Positions 16,198 to 20,000 of a stretch of 20,000 nucleotides of DNA are shown here, piece by piece. Position numbers and translations under genes: made by a program. Positions within the stretch are counted from its first letter, which is position 1, and every line of letters starts with the position of its first letter. The notes under the pieces were generated by a model, which was not told the DNA's origin, made no database searches, and saw only the letters and a program-made list of their open reading frames with translations. Source of the stretch: an uncultured virus (IMG/VR IMGVR_UViG_3300017714_000003) (lineage: Duplodnaviria > Heunggongvirae > Uroviricota > Caudoviricetes); IMG/VR virus record IMGVR_UViG_3300017714_000003. One strand, written 5' to 3'.

Positions 16198-18192
16198 TTA
16201 TTGCTCGTCCATGTAGACTACTTCTACTTCATCGTCTTCTGTAAGAACGTCTGATGCAAAAGTTAATCCTGTTGAAGTAATAGATACCTCATTTGCTCTC
16301 ACCATAATTCTGTTGATATAAACAACAGCATACGGTGAATCATTAATTTCTGATGCAAAATCAACACCACCAGTGTCAATCTTACCAGAAGTTAAGTTAG
16401 CCCATGTGATTGCATGTGATGAACCAGTGTTATCTGTTTCGTCTTGTGCAGTTGCCTCATAAGCATGTGTGTGTTTTTTAGAAGTGTTTCCTAACTGTGC
16501 ATAACGACCATCTAAAGATACTGTTACATCTGATTGAGTACCAACTGATAAAGTTAGTGTACCGCCTGAGAATGAAGCACCATCTACATAGTCATTGACT
16601 TCTGTTTGTGTGTTAGTTACAGTTAATGTACCCGCCGCATCATCATATGATACGTTGATACCTGTTCCTGCAGAAACATTAGCCATTACCGCATCTTGGG
16701 CTCTTTCGTCTGTGAAATACAAGTTAGATGAACCCTCAGTAATTTCGTCTGAGTTATCAACGCCTTGAACTGCACTTGTTACGAATGCCTCAGTTGCGTA
16801 TGAGTTAGTTGTTAGATAAGTTCCTACACGTGCATCTGTGTAATACAAGTTAGATGAGCCTTCTGATAAACTATCTGTATTCTTAGTAGATAGTCTTGAG
16901 TCCCAACGTGCATCTGTGTAATACAAGTTAGATGAGCCTTCTGATACATCGTCTGTATCTTTAGTGCCTAATCTTGTATCAAAACGTGCATCTGTGTAGT
17001 AAAGGTTTGTTGAACCTTCTGCAAGGTCATCAGTATCACTTGAAGCTAGACCTTGAGTCGAAATTACACCAGTTGTAGGATTATATGTTAAGTCACCTGA
17101 AACTGAAATTGCCGCTCTTGCTCTTGCATCTGTGAAGTATAATTTATTTGTACCTTCTGCTAGGGCATCTGTGTCGTGATTTGAAATATCACTTGTAGTG
17201 CCTGTTACGTTACCAGTTACATTACCAGTTACGTTACCAGTTAAATTACCGATAAAGTCACCTGATGAATATAGGTCTTCTGCACCAATTGACCAACGGT
17301 CATTAGTTTCGTCCCATAGTAACTGAACGTTTAAGTCATCGCCACGTTCTATTTCGATACCACCTGATGCTGTAGCTGAGCCAGTTGCATCTGAGTTCAA
17401 TAATAGAATGTTGTCTGCTAAGTTGATTTGTGAAGTGTTAATTGTAGTAGTTGTTCCATTAACTGTTAAGTCACCACCAATAGTTACATCACTTGTAAAC
17501 GCACCAGTTGTACCTGAAACAGCATTGGCGCCTGAACCGATACCTGTACTAACTGCATTGTCTACGTATGTTTTGTTGGCCGCATCAGAGCCAGTTGTTG
17601 GAGCGCCAACTTCTTTGATGATATTTGAGTTCATGTCAATGTGGTCACCGACCTGAATATCACCAGATGAAGTTTTAAGTTCGCCTGTGAACTGAATTCC
17701 GTTGCTTGATTCGATTTGCATCGTACCAGTACCTGTAGTCACTAATTTTAGGTTTTCATCAGTATCAGTTTTGATAGTAATGGTACCACTGTCATCTTCA
17801 AGAATTTTCTTGTTGTTAACATAAAGTGAGCCAGGGCCTAAGTATAAGTCACGCCATCTTTTTGTTGTTGAGCCTAAGTCAAAAGTATCATCTGTGCCAG
17901 GTAAGATGTGACCGGTGTATTCTGAATCACCTGTTACATTTACGCCTGCCGAGAATGTAGCTGTATTTGTTACCGCTAGAGTACCCCCAACAGTTACGTT
18001 ACTTGAGAACGAACCTGTTGTCGAAGACGAAGATCCGCCTTCTCTCATAAGTGGGTAGCCGCCGGTTGTTGAACCATCGTGGACTACAAGTGTTTTCTTG
18101 TCAGTATCGACAGTAACCTCACCTACTAGGCCAGTAAATGATGAGTGTTGTGTCGTTGTCCCACGACGGAACTGTATTGCATATGCCGCCAT
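16198..18192 (-). CDS. Tail fibre-like protein with an Mtd_N/hyaluronidase-N-type anchor domain and internal repeats
   Basis: N-terminal IQFRRGTT.QH..FTG..GEVTVDTDK..LVVHDG.T.GG. The body is T/S/G/D-rich with GNVT repeats and five TDxLxEGxxNLY(Y/F)TDxR repeats. GGGAGA RBS. Confidence 0.8.
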   Translation of the reverse strand: MAAYAIQFRRGTTTQHSSFTGLVGEVTVDTDKKTLVVHDGSTTGGYPLMREGGSSSSTTGSFSSNVTVGGTLAVTNTATFSAGVNVTGDSEYTGHILPGTDDTFDLGSTTKRWRDLYLGPGSLYVNNKKILEDDSGTITIKTDTDENLKLVTTGTGTMQIESSNGIQFTGELKTSSGDIQVGDHIDMNSNIIKEVGAPTTGSDAANKTYVDNAVSTGIGSGANAVSGTTGAFTSDVTIGGDLTVNGTTTTINTSQINLADNILLLNSDATGSATASGGIEIERGDDLNVQLLWDETNDRWSIGAEDLYSSGDFIGNLTGNVTGNVTGNVTGTTSDISNHDTDALAEGTNKLYFTDARARAAISVSGDLTYNPTTGVISTQGLASSDTDDLAEGSTNLYYTDARFDTRLGTKDTDDVSEGSSNLYYTDARWDSRLSTKNTDSLSEGSSNLYYTDARVGTYLTTNSYATEAFVTSAVQGVDNSDEITEGSSNLYFTDERAQDAVMANVSAGTGINVSYDDAAGTLTVTNTQTEVNDYVDGASFSGGTLTLSVGTQSDVTVSLDGRYAQLGNTSKKHTHAYEATAQDETDNTGSSHAITWANLTSGKIDTGGVDFASEINDSPYAVVYINRIMVRANEVSITSTGLTFASDVLTEDDEVEVVYMDEQ
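16828..17060 (-). repeat. Three tandem 78-nt (26-aa) coding repeats
   Basis: Copies start at 16828, 16906 and 16984 (ACGTGCATCTGTGTA). Segments 16828-16868 and 16906-16946 are identical over 41 nt. Confidence 0.9.
17201..17250 (-). repeat. 12-nt tandem coding repeat (GN[LV]T x4)
   Basis: Repeated GTTAC(G/A)TTACCA units on the + strand encode GNLTGNVTGNVTGNVTG. Confidence 0.85.
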
Positions 18193-18264
18193 ATTGTTTC
18201 TCCCGTCTATAAAAAATCGATTTATTATAAACTACACTGAATTGGGTTAAGTGTAATCTATCTT

Positions 18265-18272
18265 TATTTATC
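18265..18272 (-). promoter_or_regulatory. Putative late promoter GATAAATA (664-aa fibre gene)
   Basis: TATTTATC on the + strand, intergenic and oriented toward the ATG at 18192. Confidence 0.7.
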
Positions 18273-18308
18273 TGGATTGGAGTATTTGTGACTATTAGTA
18301 TATAATAC

Positions 18309-20000
18309 TTAAAGTATTACAACTTCAATAATTTTTGAACCTTCAGAAGCATCATTTGTCAAGGATTTGGCAAAAACTGCTCGTCCCATATCAGCACCAG
18401 CGACACTTTTTGCATGTCCTTTGACGCTAGATGTTACCATCAAGTCGCCTTTAGCTACTGGTCCCACCACTTTACATGGAACTCTACCACGTAATGCAAT
18501 GTAAGGATGAGTGTCATCTGCACCTGCATCTGAATTCATTTTATAAGCTGGATTAGTACTTACAACACCTGCTACTCTATAATCAGTATGTACATCTGTT
18601 TTAGTAACTTCTTTATCACCACCGAATATAAGAACAGTTCCTGGTTCGTAAATATCATCTGCTTCATATCTTTCTGCTAAGTCGGCATATGTTGCCTCAA
18701 CTGTTTCACCATAAACATATTCCCATCTTTTTGTTGGAGTACCCAAGCTGAAAGATGCATCATTTAATGGTGTGATACTTCCTGCTACTGTGTTGTTACC
18801 GTTATTAATCATATAATTAGTTGGTAAATCACCAGAAGTTAAGTAACCACTATCATTTGGTAAGTCACTTACGTTTACAGGAATAGTTGGTTGGTCTAGT
18901 AAATCATTAAAGCTACCTGATGTAGCCACAGTTGCTAAATTATTGGCTATTGCCATAGCATTAATTTGATTTTGTATTGATGTACTATAATTGGCATCGT
19001 TATTTACTGCCGCCGCTAATTTTTTTAATGTGTTTAATTGTAACGGAGCAACGTCAACAACCGAATTAATTTGTTGGTCAGTGTAAGCCTTTGCCGCATT
19101 TAAATTAGTTACATCATCTGCTTGCCAATCTGCGGTGAAGCCTTGATAACTCTGTGTAACATACCCTGCATCATTAAACAAAGAACTAACATTAGTTGGT
19201 AAACTAGAACCTGTTGAGCCTCCTGTGCTTCCTGAAATAACATTTGTATCTGTTAAAAGACCAAAGTCTGTAGGAGCATCATAACTAATAACACCAGTTG
19301 TATTATCATAACCTATTTCATTACCTGTTACACTGATTGCCTGTCTAGCATCTGAATCTTGATAATAATTTCCTGAAAAAGATATTATACCAGTTGCTGG
19401 ATCATAAGTCAATTCACTACCAGCATTCATACTGATAGCCGCTCTTGCTCTTGCATCTGTGTAATATTGATTTGTTGTACCTTCAGTTAAATCATCTGTA
19501 GTATTAGATGTAGTAGACCAAGTAAGTGAAGTAAAAGTTGCTTGTGCTGGTGCAGTTGCACCAATAACAGTACCGTCAATATTACCTGAGTTGATATCTA
19601 CTGTACCGTTGCCTGTTACATCAATTATTGTATCACCTAGTTCTGAGGCAATATCACCTACTAAAGAACCTGTAAGAACTATATCAGTTGCTTCAATGGC
19701 GGCTGTTTTTAAATCATCACTAAATGTTGAGAATTTAGAATTTGTTTCGTCCCATCCAAATTTCTTATTATCAGAAGAACCTCTATTAATTTCAATACCA
19801 ACAGGTTCTGTTGGTGCAGTTGATGATGTCAAATCACCATTTAATAACATAAATGGATCAGCGATACTTACTGTTTCTGAATTAACTGTGGTAGTTGTAC
19901 CTGATACTAGTAAATTACCTTCAATTTCTAGTGTACCTTGATTAGGTTTTATTACTGCATTTGCAACAGAATCTAATATTAGCTTTTCGCCTTTTAGAAA
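18309..20000 (-). CDS. Tail fibre/appendage protein with a C-terminal peptidase G2-like chaperone domain; 5' end lies beyond the window
   Basis: The frame is open from 20000 (FLKGEKLILDSVANAVIKPNQGTLEIEGNLLVSGTTTTVNSETVSIADPF, then the track's Met at 19850), so the track start is internal. It shares modules with the two downstream fibre genes and ends in a YADLAERYEAD...GRVPCKV domain. Confidence 0.8.
   Translation of the reverse strand, partial: FLKGEKLILDSVANAVIKPNQGTLEIEGNLLVSGTTTTVNSETVSIADPFMLLNGDLTSSTAPTEPVGIEINRGSSDNKKFGWDETNSKFSTFSDDLKTAAIEATDIVLTGSLVGDIASELGDTIIDVTGNGTVDINSGNIDGTVIGATAPAQATFTSLTWSTTSNTTDDLTEGTTNQYYTDARARAAISMNAGSELTYDPATGIISFSGNYYQDSDARQAISVTGNEIGYDNTTGVISYDAPTDFGLLTDTNVISGSTGGSTGSSLPTNVSSLFNDAGYVTQSYQGFTADWQADDVTNLNAAKAYTDQQINSVVDVAPLQLNTLKKLAAAVNNDANYSTSIQNQINAMAIANNLATVATSGSFNDLLDQPTIPVNVSDLPNDSGYLTSGDLPTNYMINNGNNTVAGSITPLNDASFSLGTPTKRWEYVYGETVEATYADLAERYEADDIYEPGTVLIFGGDKEVTKTDVHTDYRVAGVVSTNPAYKMNSDAGADDTHPYIALRGRVPCKVVGPVAKGDLMVTSSVKGHAKSVAGADMGRAVFAKSLTNDASEGSKIIEVVIL

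Noticed and set aside
16828..17060. CRISPR-like array (regular 78-nt period)
   Set aside because: The repeats are in-frame coding repeats, the sequences between them are homologous rather than unique spacers, and there are no cas genes.
16198..18192. Diversity-generating retroelement target, suggested by the Mtd_N-like domain
   Set aside because: There is no reverse transcriptase, no repeat pair differing only at adenines, and no C-type-lectin-like C-terminus in the window. Mtd_N-like anchors occur widely without a DGR.
19850..19850. Track start codon for the last fibre gene
   Set aside because: The frame stays open to 20000 and the upstream residues continue a module shared with the 664-aa fibre, so this Met is internal.
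1073..19941. Short antisense ORFs in the track (e.g. 1073-1270, 1700-1996, 4904-5158, 7297-7593, 12295-12570, 15334-15621, 17408-17656, 19591-19941)
   Set aside because: They are shadows of well-supported genes on the opposite strand, with no recognisable motifs or evident RBS.
1..20000. Stop-codon reassignment (alternative genetic code)
   Set aside because: Genes are full-length and tightly packed under the standard code, and TAA, TGA and TAG all occur at plausible gene ends.

Overview
This is a 20 kb virion-morphogenesis region of a large, AT-rich, T4-related myophage, most likely an environmental large or jumbo phage. On the minus strand, from low to high coordinates, it holds a gp4-like head-completion nuclease (truncated at the left edge and missed by the ORF track), a small hypothetical gene, a tube-fold protein with a long extension, the tail tube (gp19), an enlarged tail sheath (gp18), a dNMP kinase, a DUF3147-like membrane protein, a radical SAM protein, neck gp13, two hypothetical genes and a PhyH-type Fe(II)/2OG dioxygenase. 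A divergent plus-strand block carries gp14, gp15, a NUDIX hydrolase and a helical orphan. It converges with a minus-strand block of three modular tail-fibre-like genes and an unannotated 34-aa membrane peptide. The regulatory layer is unusually readable. There are six copies of a GATAAATA late-promoter motif (T4 uses TATAAATA) and several intrinsic terminators. Of the sigma70-type promoters, one contains the opposite-strand late promoter inside its spacer. All family assignments come from recognising motifs by eye; no searches were run. I saw no tRNA, rRNA, CRISPR array, intron, intein or reverse transcriptase.
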